Part shown: positions 1-17,333 of the stretch, piece by piece
Numbering within the stretch: the stretch's first letter is position 1
Layout of the letters: every line of letters begins with the position of its first letter
Origin: Dictyostelium discoideum
Lineage: Eukaryota
Assembly: GCA_000004695.1 (NCBI GenBank)
Contig: CM000153.2
Span: 2,144,001-2,208,000, forward strand
Direction of reading: 5' to 3'
DNA length: 64,000 nucleotides
Translations under genes and position numbers: made by a program
The notes under the pieces: generated by a model
What the model was told of the DNA's origin: nothing
Database searches by the model: none
What the model saw: the letters and a program-made list of their open reading frames with translations, nothing else

Positions 1-621
1 CAACATCGTCAGTATTAATTGTAACATGAAGTAGTGATTTACCTTCATCAAATCTTTGTGGTTGTTTCTTTGTAACTGTTAATGTTAAAACACCACCACT
101 GCCATCTAAAGATAATGTGGCGTTATTATTTGACGAGGATGATGATGTTATAGGTGAGGTAATTTCATCATTTTCATCATCATCAGAGCCTTCATTCCAT
201 AATTCCATAACAGTATTTAATTCATTTTCTAAACGTGCAAATAAACCCATAACCAATCCACCAATTGGTACAATATGTAATGATTTTTCACTTTTAGCAT
301 CTTCTAATCTTTCCATCTCTGCTAAATAATCTAAATCTGATACCATATCCTCTAAATAACCCATTGCAATTGTATCAATAGATGGTTTTGAACGATCTCT
401 AATAAATTGTTTAACTTTTTCTGCTGAATATTCTACTAATCCAAATTGGTCACATAATATAATATGACATTTCTTTATAAAATCATGAATTACTGGATAA
501 ATTTCTTTCTTTAATTCTTTAATTAATGGTATTGGTGAACTTATAAATCTATTTGATAATGTTAAACAATTTGGTTGTTCTATATTATTATTATTATTTA
601 GACTATCATTATTATTATTAC

Positions 622-697
<76 letters not shown>

Positions 698-3115
698 TGA
701 AGAATCAGCAGCAGCAGAAGTAACAGATGCAATCATTTCTTGTTTTGGTGATAATTTTGAAGTTTCAGAAACTGTGACAGGTAATGATGCAGAAGTAATT
801 GGTAATGATGCAGATAATGAACTATCTGGTGACATAATTTGAGCACTACTATGTAAAATTGGAATTTCTTTAGCAGGTGATCTTGGTATACCAACTATTG
901 GACTACTACTAATACTATTACTACCACTACGATTTAATTTATTATCTTTAGTATCTTTATTATTACCATTATTATTATTAATAATTGAAATTGAATCACT
1001 ACTTTTAGTAATTATTGAAGAATCACTACTCTTAGTATCATTTTGTTGTGATTGTTGTTGTTGTTTTTCTAATAATTGTTGTTTTTCATCAATTGTTATA
1101 ATTTCAATTAATTGTTCTTGTGGATCTAAAATTTTTTGGACCAACATTAAATTTGAGAAAACATCATTAATGTTATTTGGAGGTTGTTCAATATAATTTT
1201 CAGGTACAGCAGAAAAGTTGTAACCACGTTCTAATAGGAAATCATTGCAACGATTTTCAATTCTTTTTAACCACCATTCTGTTATTTGTTCTTTTTTAAT
1301 ACCATTTAAGAATTGTTTCTTCTCGATACCTAATCGATCAAGTGCAATTTCACATTCTTGAAGGACCAATTTAGTTTTTGATTTAGCAACTTGTAAATAG
1401 GAGCTACTGTGAAGTTCACTTAGAGTTGAATCATATCTTGGTATATACATAAATCTCATATCCAATTGTTGGCAAAGGTAATTATCAATTTGTAGGTCAA
1501 TTTGTTTCTCAAGATCTTTGAAAATTGGGTGATCAGGATTTGAATTTATAGATTGTAAACAAGTATGCATAGTTTTAATTCTATCTAAATTAATTAGATT
1601 TGAATTTTGTGCAACCGAATGAATGAAATCTAAATCAATACCTAAATTCTCCATAGATGACATAATGATATGTTTTGATTCATCAATGATTTGTTGAAAG
1701 AATTTCTCAGAGGGATGATTAATCAATTTGTCAGTTAACTTTATATCTTTTAAAGCTTCCATAGTGGATTTATTCAATACTAGTACATCCTCAATTCCAA
1801 CCAATACCTCTTCACTCTCTTCACTTGAAAAGTAAACTTTAATATAATAATCTTCTCTCTCACCTGTATAACGTGCAAATTGTGCCTTTGGTCTAAAATT
1901 ATTAAATGTACTTGGACACATTATTTTTTCAACATGTTCTTCCAATGTTATTAAACTTTTATGATTAATTGTTGGTGTTGTTATATTATTGTTATTATTA
2001 GTAGAGTTGTTATGATTATTATTGACTGTATTATTTGAATTTGTTGAAGTTGATGATGAATTTGAATGTGTTGAAATTCTGGAATGTGATGGAGATAATA
2101 ATAAATTTGAGAGATTATTACAACTAACACTACCATGTTGGTGAATATGTTCAGAGACACTATGACTGTGTGTTGATTTAAATCCACCTATAAATTGTTT
2201 TTTATGTATATTTTGTTGATTAAATTGGTTGAATCTAACTATAACTAAATCACCTTTTTTAATTTTATCACAACCTCTTAATAATGATGCATAACGTCTA
2301 ACTGATTTTGCAATTTGATTAACATCATCAAGTGCACTCCAATTTATAATATTCATTAATAATCCTGATCTAGTTGTTGATATATTTGGAAGTGGCATAT
2401 TACCCCCACCTCCTCCTCCCCCTCCTCCTCCACCACCACCACTTATATTGTTACTATTATTACTATTTAAAAAACCACCACTACCACTATTACTACCATT
2501 ACTACTTAAAAATGAAGATGATGTTGATGCTGATATTGGATGAGTTATACTACCAGTACTGTCTCTATAATTGTTGTTTTGTGGCTCATTTGATTTTATA
2601 ATCGATGCCAAGGATGAAAATGATAATGCTGAAAGTGATGCGTGAGATTGTGATGGTGATAATAATGGCTGAGATGATGCTGATGATGTTGATGATGTTG
2701 ATGTTGTTGATGATTGTAATTGTTGTTGTTGTTGTTGTTGTTGTGTTTGTTGTTGCTGCTGTGATGGTGAAATATCTATATCGCTTTCTTTATCTTTATC
2801 TTTTTCTTTATTATCTTTATTATCTTTTTCATCTAATCTTGCCATATCATAATCTCTTGAAATTTTATTTAAAAGGTCATCACAAGGTATTAACCCTACA
2901 ACTGCTGAATCTGGGTCAACTACATAAAAAGTTAAATGATTAATTAATAATTGTGTCACATCAGACATCATTTTTCTTTTATCCATTGATATGAAATCCA
3001 ATGTCTTTTGAAAGAATTGAAATAGTCCAATATAATGTTGTGCTCTTGCTTCTGTAAAAAATTCTTTACTTAATGATTTAACCAATCTTTCATGAAAAAT
3101 TTGTGCTATTGACAT
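1..3115 (-). CDS. 5'-complete, 3'-truncated gene (ATG at 3115-3113, reads off the window start). Encodes a large low-complexity (poly-N, poly-Q, poly-G, Ser-rich) protein of unknown function; N-terminus MSIAQIFHERLVKSL.
   Basis: Continuous minus-strand reading frame with Dictyostelium codon bias from 3115 to position 1 without stops (translated manually). The (AAT)n and (CAA)n tracts at 600-700 and 2640-2760 are in frame. The ORF is absent from the ORF track only because it lacks a stop inside the window. No confident domain recognised. Confidence 0.6.
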
Positions 3116-3272
3116 TAATTTAACTGTATGTAAATGACAAAATGCATTTATACATGGTAAAATTTGATCCTTTTTTTTTAAAAAAAATAAAAATAAAAAA
3201 ATAAAAAAATAAAAAAAAATATAAAAATAGAAAAATAAAAATAGAATTAAAAAATATTAATATGAAAAGTCA

Positions 3273-3308
<36 letters not shown>

Positions 3309-3368
3309 CTGAAAGTGTGTGAGGTTTATTTTTATTTTTATTTTTTTTTTTTTTATTATTGCAAGATA

Positions 3369-3590
3369 TTATTTTTCATAATTACTTACTTGAAAAATAC
3401 AATAAACATTTGTGGCGGCACTATATGTTGATTTTAATGTATTATTATTTCTTGAAGATTTTGCTAATGCTTTTTCCTGTGCTTTTAATGTTTTTGATAT
3501 TTTAGGTACATTTAATGTATCTAAATATCTAAAACATTCAGTGACATTAGCAATGAATGCTTTCTCTAAACTGAATGCTTTTGAGCTCAT
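3369..3590 (-). CDS. Small ORF (73 aa, MSSKAFSLEKAFIANVTECFRYLDTLNVPKISKTLKAQEKALAKSS...), candidate small protein
   Basis: Non-repetitive ORF with typical Dictyostelium codon choices (TTA, AAA, GCA, TCA, AGA). The overlapping plus-strand ORF 3412-3672 is Phe/Leu-rich from T-rich codons and less gene-like. A GTAAGT hexamer sits just before the stop, but no convincing downstream exon was found. Confidence 0.35.
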   Translation of the reverse strand: MSSKAFSLEKAFIANVTECFRYLDTLNVPKISKTLKAQEKALAKSSRNNNTLKSTYSAATNVYCIFQVSNYEK

Positions 3591-4221
3591 GACTTTTATT
3601 TGGTTTTTTTTTTTTTTTTTATATTTTTTTTATCTTAACCTAAAAATAATTTCTTATTTTTTTATATTTTGATTGTTTTTTTTTTTTTTTTTTTTTTTAA
3701 GACTATTAATACAAGGTTTTTTTTTTTTTTTTCCAAAATTTCAATTTATTTCCAGATTAAAAAAAAACAGAAAAAATATAAAAAAAAAAATTAAAAAAAA
3801 TGAAATCTTTTTTTTTTTATACACGGTTGTTATGTGTCATATATTTATTTATTACTACACAAGAAAAAAAAAAGAAAAAAGAAAAAAAAAAAAGTAAAAA
3901 TTTTTTTTTTTTGAAAATTTTTTTTTTTTTTTAGATTGGGAGCAAAATACACTCACAAAAACCGGTTGTTTTTTTGATGGTGCGATGAAATCGATGAAAA
4001 TATTAAATATTTAGAATTTTTTTATTTTTTTAATTTTTTTTTATTTTTTTTATTTTTTTTAATGGTGCTATTTTTTTAGGTTTTTTATTTTTTTTTTATT
4101 CTCCCCTTCTTTATCTTTTTCCCTTATTTTTTATTTTTTCTAAATTTTTTAAATTTCTATAACCTTTTTTTTTCCTTTCCTTTTTTTTTTTTTTTTTTTG
4201 GTTTATAATAAAAGGTTGGTC

Positions 4222-4256
<35 letters not shown>

Positions 4257-4267
4257 AAATTCACTTT

Positions 4268-4298
<31 letters not shown>

Positions 4299-5007
4299 CT
4301 TTATTAATATCTGGTGGTTGGCTTTTACAATAATTATAAAAAAAAAAAAAAAATTCTATTCGTTGATTAATAAAAACAACGCCATTATTTTTATTATGTT
4401 TTCACAATGTGCATTTGGGATGGAATTTTTAAACTTGAAAGCCAAAGAAAAAGAATAAAGAAAAAAATAAAAAAAAAAAAAAAAATAAAAAAAAAATTAA
4501 AAGAATGTTGCAAAACTACATCCAATTGAGTATGGTTGACTAATTTAATTTAATTTCAAAAAAAGTTTTTATATTTTTATATTTTTATATTTTTTATAAA
4601 TTTTTTATTTTGATCATCATTATCCAAATAAAAAAAAAAAAAAAAAAAAAGAGTGAATTTTTTTTTGGGAAAAAAAAAAAAATAAAAAAAAAATTATGAC
4701 CGCCATGTATAATAAAAATCTTTTTTTTTTTATATGATTTTATTTTATTTTAAAATTTATAAATTAAAAGAATAAAAATAATTTAATTAAAGTTAAATGT
4801 GTTGAAATAGAGAAAAAAAAAAAAAAAAAAAAAAAAAAAATTAAGACAATTAAAAAAACCTTTACCATTATTATTATTTCTTTAATAATTAAATTCGTTT
4901 TTTTTATATTTTTTTTTTATTTTTATTTGTTTTTTTTTTATTTTTTTTATTTGTTTATTTTTTTTTTATTTATTTATTTATTTTAGTTTGCAGTCATAAT
5001 GATTATA

Positions 5008-5442
5008 TTAATTTTCCCAATTCACTGAAACGGAAATATATGGATAGAATTTTTCGGAATCATCAGTTTCATTCTTACCAGAGATATGAGCAGAACCTAA
5101 ATATTTGAATTGATCGAAAAGTATATCACGAACCTTTTTATCGGCACCTTTTTGTGGTTTCATGAGGATAGCTTGGAAGTTGAATGGAATACCAAATCTA
5201 AGTACAGATTCAACGAATACTCTAACAACTTTTAAGTGAACCCATGCCATAAAAGCCTCTGGGAAATTTAATCTACACCAACGAATTAATGATGTTCTAC
5301 AATTCTTTTTATCTTCTGTTAATTTTGATCTTTCTTGAGTTGGTTTATTATCTTCTAATTTGAAATCTCTTACTACCCATCTAATTATTAGTAATAATAA
5401 AAAAAAAAAAAAAAAATTTGGTTAGGGAAAAAAGTTTAATTA

Positions 5443-5480
<38 letters not shown>

Positions 5481-6451
5481 AAACATACTTCTTTTCAATG
5501 ATTTTAGTTTTAAAGTTTTCATAGAATTTCTTGAATAAAATTACACTGTATAAGAAATAATCATTATCTTGGGCAACTCTTTTAGCTGATCTTCCAAGTA
5601 CAAAATCTGAAATGGTTTCATAACAGGCTAAAAATTCTTTTTCGGATTGTCTAAAAAAAAGCAAAAGAAGAAAAAGAGGTGGATGAAGAATGATTAGTAA
5701 TTAAAAAAATTAGGAGATGAAGAAAAAAAAAAAAAAAGAAATTATTTTTTAACCATATGATTGTATGACTTACTTTGGAATAACAACGAAAGCAGTTGTA
5801 AAGTAATCAGTTTGAACGATATTATCAGCTGTAATTAAGTCATTTAAAGTACGAACTTGGAGATTACCACTTGCTTTTCTTTCTTCAGATGCAACAGAGG
5901 ATGAAAGTGTTGAATATTCACTTGATTTGATTTTTAAATCATCATCAATCTTTGAGACTGCCTATAAATATATATATATATATACATACATACATACATA
6001 CAAATACATAATTTTTAATATAATATATTAATATAAATATTCTAATAATAATAAAACTATTATTTTGTAATTATAATTAATCATAATCATCCTCTCTCTT
6101 CCTTTTTTCTTTTTCTTCCTCTTCACCACCATCATCACTATTATCATCATCATAAATATATACATTGAAATGATTTGAAATGGTTGATAAAGTTTTGTGT
6201 AAAGTTTATCGAAAATAAATGATTGTGATTGTGAGGTTTTAACATTTGATTAAATGATCAATTGATTATAAATTTGAGTGCTAGAAGAGTTGAGCTGTTT
6301 TTGAATAAAATCTTACTTGCATTACTTGATGTACTGTTGCTAAATTATCCTCTAATCTGTTATAAATATCATTCTCCCAGTATATGATAATAATGATGAA
6401 GTGACGATTCGAAAAAGATGAAGTGATGATTACTACTGCTACAACTATTAT

Positions 6452-6483
<32 letters not shown>

Positions 6484-7005
6484 CTACTACTACTAATTCT
6501 GCTACTATTACTATCTACTATTATTTATTTATTTGATGAAGAACATACAGATGAAATTTTTTCGACAATTTCTTGTAATGATAATTTTAAGTTATATTTG
6601 GCATCATCCCAGGCAAATTGTTGAAGGTATTGTGGAATGGTGTGACCATTGATTGAAAGACTCTTATCTTTACCTGGTTTGGTTCCAACTAAATCGACTA
6701 ATTGTCTGGCAATCTTTTTGGTTGTAGATTCTACAATGGTATCGATTTTTTGTAATTCATCATTGAGTGTAATCAATGAATTGAGAGTACCAACTCTTAA
6801 TGCTGGTGTCTAAATTAATAAAAAAAATAAAAAATATAAAAAAATAAAAATAAAATTTTTAGTTAGTATTTTTTATGAAAAAAAAAAAAAAGATATTTAT
6901 TTAAACGAATAAAAAAAAAGAGAGAAGTTTTTTTGTGTGAAAAAAAAAAAAAAAAAAAAACAACAAATGAATAAAAAAAAAAAAAAATTATCGATAACTT
7001 TGTTC

Positions 7006-7055
<50 letters not shown>

Positions 7056-7203
7056 GTTATTATTATTAAATGAGTCTTACATTAAATTTTTTGTTTTCAG
7101 ATAAACTATTTTCTTTGGCAGTCTTTTGATTGACTTGGTCAAAAATGTCAGCACCTGGAAGGTTTGGAGCTGAAATTAACCAAAATTCTTGTGTTTCTGA
7201 CAT
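5008..7203 (-). CDS. vatC: V-type proton ATPase subunit C (V1 subunit C), 5 exons: 7203-7081, 6809-6549, 5961-5774, 5650-5489, 5380-5008 (stop included); ~368 aa
   Basis: Exon translations align colinearly with metazoan ATP6V1C1. MSETQEFWLISAPN aligns with MTEFWLISAPG. TPALRVGTLNSLITLNDELQKID aligns with [29 protein letters not shown] aligns with [39 protein letters not shown] aligns with [32 protein letters not shown]. The C-terminal EKFYPYISVSVNW aligns with EYYPYVYYKIDCNLL. Splice sites are GTAAGA, GTATGT and GTAAGT donors with AG acceptors, and phases are consistent throughout. Confidence 0.9.
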
Positions 7204-7285
7204 TATCTATATATATATATATATGTAGTTTTTTATAAATGAAATAAATAAACAAAAATTTAATATGAAAAAAAAAAAAAAAAAA

Positions 7286-7321
<36 letters not shown>

Positions 7322-8477
7322 ATTTTTGAAACTTTTTTTTTTTAAAAAAAAAAAAAAAAAACATAAAAAATTAATTCCCTGGTCAATTTTGAGAGAGAGA
7401 GAAATTAAAAAAAAAAAAAAAAATCAAAAAAAAAAGAAAAAAAAAAAAAAGAAAAAAATATTTTTGGCCCAGAGTCAACAGGTTAACCTATGAAAGTATT
7501 TTAACCTTTTTTTTTTTATTTTTTTTTTTTTTTGTTTAAGTTTGATTAAATAAAATAAATTAAATCAAAAATATTAATTTTTTTTTTTTTTCTTTTTTTT
7601 TCTTTTTTTTCTTTTTTATTTTGTGTTTTTTTGTTTTGTGTTTTTTTGTTTTATTATTAATTTTTTATTTTTATCTTATTTTTTAAAATAAAATTGAATC
7701 ATTCGATTTTGTACTTTTTTTAAATAACTTTTTAAATTTTTTAAGATTTTTTTAATAAAATATGAATTTACATAAAGAAAAGATATTTCCATTTTAAGGC
7801 AGAATCATTTAATTCTGAAAAAAAAAATCCTTTTCTTGTTACCCCTTTTTCTTTTTTTTTTTTACTGAGATTTATTATAAATAATCTAAAACTACCACCA
7901 AAAACAACACAATCGAAAACACCATAACCAAATTTAGATTTAATAAGGAACAAAAACATCACAGCCACAACAAGACAAAACAAAATGGTACAAGAGAACT
8001 AACACAAAAAGCATGGATCTATTAAAGGTATACCCTATTGATTGGTGTCTTTACCTTTAATAATAGGTAAAATAGCGAGCTCATTCAAACACATATGGAA
8101 AAATGGAAAAATCTTTGGAACTGGCAATATTTATCCATCAGCACCAAACTACCACCTCTCGGCTACCTCAATCCACATAACCTGTAATGAAGCTTGCTTA
8201 AATCTCAAAACTTCTCCAACCACATACTTTGCAAACATCTACCAAAACTCAAAAGAATATATATATACCAACTTAATGACTTTAGCATACCCAGACTTCA
8301 ATGTATTGTGCCAGGCCCAAAATCTACTTTAAGAAATTTGCAAATCTCAACTCTGTGTGGTTTCGATTCCTTTCAATTCAATACCTTGTAAAAAAAAAGA
8401 AAAAAACTATAAATAAAATCAGAACAAGTATCTCAAGGAAAAGAGACTAATAATTGCATTATCCAATTAAATTGTCG

Positions 8478-8519
<42 letters not shown>

Positions 8520-8620
8520 GAAAGTGATATTATTTATTTTATATATCAAAAAGAAAATAAAAATAAAATTTTTTTTGGAAAATTAAATTGATTGAAAAAA
8601 AATTTTAAATCTGACCAGGT

Positions 8621-8658
<38 letters not shown>

Positions 8659-8695
8659 TATTTTATTTTTAAATCTTTATTTAATTATTATTTTT

Positions 8696-11778
<3,083 letters not shown>

Positions 11779-11884
11779 TTTTATATTTATAATTTTCTGA
11801 AAAAATTAAAGAAAAAAAAAAAAAAAAAATTCTGACTCGTTTTTTTATTTTTTTTTTAATTTTTTTATGAAAAATTTACTCGTT

Positions 11885-11919
<35 letters not shown>

Positions 11920-12251
11920 TTTTTTTTTTTTTTTTTTATTTTTTTTTTTGTTCTTGAATTTGGATCCTTATTACTATCATTATTATTGTTATTATTTTAA
12001 TTTTTTTTTTTTTTTCATTATTTTTTTTTAATTTTTTAATTTTTTTTTTTTTTATTTTGAAATATCTGAAGTTGGATAATAATAATTTTGATGATTCCCC
12101 TAGTTTTTAATTTTTTAATAAATTTTTTGGGTCTCTAGTAATTTTTTAAGTTTTAAAAAAAAAAAATTGAAATCAAAATGTTTTGATTGGTTAATGATTC
12201 AGGATTTTTTAGAAAATAATCACGAAGAATTTTTATTTTATTCCAAAGGGT

Positions 12252-12283
<32 letters not shown>

Positions 12284-13054
12284 TCTTATCATTTGACAAA
12301 AATCTAATTTGTTTTTTTTTTTTAATTTTTTTTTTTTTTTTTTTTTTCATTTTTTTGTTAAAATCCAAAATTTTTCGCAGAAATATTTAATAATAATCCT
12401 GGGTGTATAGTTTTAAGACAAATTAAATTAGAATCAAACATTTAATTATATATTTTCTATTTGATTCAAAGTTATTTCCATTTGTATGTGGAAAACTTTT
12501 CGTTTGCCAAATTTTACTTTTTGGATCAACTAATTAGTTTCACCGAAAAGAAAAAAAAATTCATTCCAAAAAAAATTAAAAAAAAATAAAATAAAATAAA
12601 AAAATAAAAATAAAAAAAAAACCCCTTTTGAATAAAAAAAAAATATTTTTGACTCTATTTTTGGTTTGAAAGATTCGACAAAATGCTATAAAAAAAAAAA
12701 AAAATTAAAAAAAAAAAATTTAAAAAAATTTGACTTTTTTTTTTTTAAGCGCTATAAAAAAATATCTCGCTTTCAAATAATTATTCTTATTTAAATTTTT
12801 TTTTTCTATTTTTTTGGGTTGAAGTTATAATAATCCTGACATCATTTTTTGAAAGTGTGTATAACCAAAAAACCTACAGCCCTTCAGTTTTTTTAGTTTT
12901 TTTCTAAATTTTTTTTTTTTTCACCAAAAAATTTTTTTTTTTTATTATTTTTTTTTTTTTTTTTTTTTTTAAAATTTTCAGTTAGTTTTTTTTTTTTTTT
13001 ATTAAATTTTTTTTTTTTTTTTTTTTTTTAGATTTATTAATAAAAAGGTAAGCG

Positions 13055-13085
<31 letters not shown>

Positions 13086-13108
13086 CAAAAATAAAAACAT
13101 CAGTTTTT

Positions 13109-13154
<46 letters not shown>

Positions 13155-13326
13155 CATCTTCTTCAACAAATATCAAACTATTTATATTTCTAAAGTATTA
13201 TTAGTTTTTTTTTTTTTTTTCTTTTTTTTTATTTTTTTTTTTTTCATAATTTGTTTTAAAAAAGATAAAAAAAGAAATAATAATAATAATAAGAATAAAT
13301 AAATATAAAATAAAAAATATATATAT

Positions 13327-13386
<60 letters not shown>

Positions 13387-14023
13387 AAAAAAGAAATAAA
13401 ATCTGTACTCTCGACTTGCAACAATACCATCATGGTGATTCGGTTTTTTTTTTATTAATTTTTTTTTCTTGTTAACCAAGAACAAAAAAAAAAAAAAAAA
13501 AAATTAATGGGCATTCTTAGGAAAAAAATGGGCATTCTTAAAAACAAAAGAACAATTGCTTTTTTTTTTAAATTCACCAACCACAGCGCTTTGGAAATCA
13601 AATTGGCTTTATTTTTAAAAATTATCTTTAAAATTTTTTTTCTTCTATTTTTTTTATTTTATAATAATAAGAATAATCAATCAGTCCATTTTTTTTTTTT
13701 TTTTTTTTTTTCTTTCTTTTTTTTCTTATATTTTATTTATATTTTATTTATTTATTTATAATAATCACAAAATAACCCAAATAGAGATTTTATATTAAAA
13801 TATAGTATCATACAATTGTATAATTATAATAAAACCAAATATTTTAATATTTCGCGATACACTTTTTAATATTTATTTGAAATACATGTCAGTTTTATCT
13901 TTTTTTTTTAAAAATCACCACACACTTTCATTTTGTAAAATTAAAACAATAATATTATTAATAATAATAATAATAATAATAAACCACACCACATTAAATA
14001 ATATAATATCTGATTCACCCACA

Positions 14024-14060
<37 letters not shown>

Positions 14061-14150
14061 CCAACGCAAACCCATGGGGGGATATGAAGTTTTTTTTTTT
14101 TTTTTTTTATTTTATTTCTTATAATTTTTTTATTTAATTATTATTATTAT

Positions 14151-14187
<37 letters not shown>

Positions 14188-15160
14188 CATCTTTAACATA
14201 TTTATTATTTCCAAATTTATTTATTCAAAATTTATTTTAAATGTAATTTATAAGCCAATCTAATTAATATAAATCATAATTGTTTTACCCTTATATTAAA
14301 AAAAAAAGCAAAGGAGAGATTTTTTTTTTTTATTTTTTTTTTTTTTTTAATAATTAATTTTATTTTCTAAAATTTTTTTTTTTTTTTTTTTTTTATTTTT
14401 TTTGACACTTTTAGTGCACCCCATTTATCCTTTAACGATAATTGTATGTATTTGTATTGTTTTTCATCACAGTCCTTTTTTATTTTTAAAAAAAAAAATA
14501 TAAAAAAAAAAAAGGTTAAAAAAAAAAAAAAAATATCAAATCACACTTAACAACATATAAATATAATTTATTTCCTGTTTGAACTTGTAGTTTATTATTA
14601 TAATTTGGGGTTATGTGAATAATATACAAAATTATATATTTTCAAATTTTTTTTTTTTCTATTTTTTTTTTTTTTTTTTTTTTTTTTTTCTGTTTTTTAT
14701 TTTTTTTTATTTTTGGTGTGTACAATTACTATTTTTTTTAAATAACTTTTTTTTTCTTATATTTTTTTATTTTTTTATTTATTTTTTTTTTCAACATTTC
14801 CTTAATTGAAATCGTAAAATTAATACTAACCTTGTTTCTTTCTTTTTTTTCTTTATTTTTTTTTAGAAATTATTTTATAGTTTTTATAACTAAAAAAAAC
14901 GATAATCGGCATTTAAAGAAAAAAAAAAAAAAAAAAAAACTATATGAATTCTAAAATCAAATAACACTAAAAAAATAAGTTTCAATCTATTTATTCAAAG
15001 TTCAAAATTCAAACTAATAACTATCGGTTTGAAATCATAAAAAAAATCCAATAATAATAATATTAAAAATAATAAAAATAATAAATAACAATAAAAATAA
15101 AAGATAAATAATATATAATCAAATAATATCTCTTATTAAAAAAACAAAACGAAACAAAAA

Positions 15161-15956
15161 ATGTCATTCACAACAAATAAAAAACTAAAAACAATAATGT
15201 TTGGATTTAAAACAACAAAAAATAAAAAAAGAGTTAGATTATTAGTGGTAGCTATTGGGGTAATGATATTTTTTATGTGCTTATCAAATTTTTCGTCTAT
15301 TCAATCAAGACAATCCTCATCAACTGATACACCACTTCAACAAAATGGTAAACACCAAGTCATAAGAGTTTTGGAAACTCAACCAAGTATAAATATAAAT
15401 AATAGTGAAAATAATATAAATAATGAAAATATAAATAATAATCAAAATAATAATCCAAATAATAATATGGACAATAATAATAAAAATAATAATAAAAATA
15501 ATAATATAGATAATAATAACAATAAAAATAATAATAATAATGATAATATTGATAATAATATAAATAATAATAATAATAATAATAACAATAATAATAATAT
15601 AAATAACAATAATAATATAAATAATAATAATAATATAGATAATACAGATAATAATATAAATAATAATATAAATAATAATAATATAAATATTAATAATAAT
15701 AATAAACCTAGTTATAAAAAACCAGAAAAGAAACCACCATTATCATCTAGTCAAATTTTTTTTAATTCTTTACCACCACATATTCAAAAACAAGTAGTTA
15801 TTAGAGAGAAATCGAATTATGCACAAGCATTACAATACGATTCATATGGTATCGTACCAGCAAAGGATTTTTTCGATGGCTTAGATGCTGTTTTCGAAAC
15901 AAAACCTAATTATAAAATTTCAACAGTTAGAAAATTATTTAATATCGAAAATTTAA

Positions 15957-16024
<68 letters not shown>

Positions 16025-17333
16025 TATGATATAAATAATTATAATAATATAAATATAAAAGAAGATGATAAATTTGAAAATAAAAATTACCAAAATGGTG
16101 ACAAAAATATAATGTACAGCGATTATAAAGGAATAGATTATGGTAATAATAATAATATAGAAGAAATAGAAAGAATTAAGGAAGAATTAAAGATTGAATT
16201 AGAAAAAGAGAATGTGAATGATATATTTAAATATAGAGTAACCATTGTAACACAGACTACAGTTGATAGATTATATAAAGTGGCAGCAATGGCAGAGAGA
16301 TGGAGATCACCTATTTCAGTTTCACTTTTTATAAAATCTCAAGGTGATATAGATAAATTGGAAAAAGCAATCAGTGCCAATAAGATATTGGCTACATTTG
16401 CTGATTTCCATTTATTCTACCATAACAATACTCGTTATCCAGTTAATAATTTACGTAATCTTGCAATTAGAAATGCATTGACCGAACATGTATTACTCTT
16501 GGATGTTGATTTCATTCCACCCTCTCATTTACATGACCACATTGCTCACTATATCAATTTAAATTATTTAAATCAAGATGACTCTTTAAATGCTTTTGTC
16601 ATTCCATCATTCTCTTCAAATTTACAACCAAAAGATATTCCAGATTCAAAATTTGAATTTATTGAAATGTTAACAAAAAATAAAATTGAACCATCAAGTA
16701 AGTAGTATTAATATACAAAAATAAATTAAAAAACAACAACAACAACAACAACAACCACCACCAACAATATATAATTTTTATAAATTTATTAACATATTTA
16801 TAAATTATTTATTTGATTTTATTTAGATTTAAAAGTATGTCCAAAATGTCATTCTCCAACAGATTATACAAGATGGATGACATCAACTGAACCATATGCA
16901 ATTGAATATCATTGGATTTATGAACCATTTTTAGTTTATAATAGATCTCAAACATTACCATTTGATGAGCGTTTCAAAGGTTATGGTTTTGATAAGAATT
17001 CTCAAATTTTTGGAATGGCTGCCCAAGGTTTTGTAAGTAAAAAAAATATATCTAATTAAAATAATTGTTAATATTTTATTAATTTTTATTTTTATTTTTA
17101 TTTTTATTATTTTATAGACATTTAGTGTATTACCTGAAGCATATATCGTTCATATTAATCATCCAACATCTCGTTGGGACGGTCCAAGTTTAGATGATCA
17201 ACAATGGGATTCACTTAGAGTTGTTTGTGATTTACTTCCAGAAATTCGTAAAAGATATGCAAAAGGTTACAAAGTTGATAGATTATTTGACGAACCAACC
17301 ACTGAAAATTGTTATTCAAATGACCACTGGTAA
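15161..17333 (+). CDS. Type II membrane glycosyltransferase-like protein, GT49 family (LARGE/B4GAT1-like, Dictyostelium gnt-type); 3 exons: 15161-16697, 16827-17032, 17118-17333; ~652 aa
   Basis: An N-terminal signal anchor (RVRLLVVAIGVMIFFMCLS) is followed by a long Asn-rich stem. The catalytic region (VTIVTQTTVDRLYKVAAMAERWRSPISVSLFI ... LLLDVDFIP, a DxD motif ... EPYAIEYHWIYEPFLVYNRSQTLPFDERFKGYGFDKNSQIF ... LPEAYIVHINHP) resembles B4GAT1/LARGE GT49 domains. Donors are GTAAGT at 16698 and 17033, with AG acceptors and conserved phases. Confidence 0.7.

Noticed and set aside
2374-2943. Plus-strand ORFs 2374-2601 and 2605-2943
   Set aside because: These are low-complexity (poly-H/Y, poly-V/M) readings opposite the real minus-strand gene that spans 1-3115.
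6300-6360. Possible 33-nt micro-exon (DNLATVHQVMQ) between vatC exons 2 and 3
   Set aside because: Exons 2 and 3 are already contiguous in the alignment to ATP6V1C1, so an extra exon would insert non-homologous residues.
12150-14810. Short ORFs in the 3.4 kb intergenic region between the NOM1-like and gnt genes (12153-12368, 13201-13485, 13507-13761, 13877-14137, 14615-14809)
   Set aside because: All are dominated by poly-K/poly-F from homopolymer A/T tracts and have no complexity or homology.
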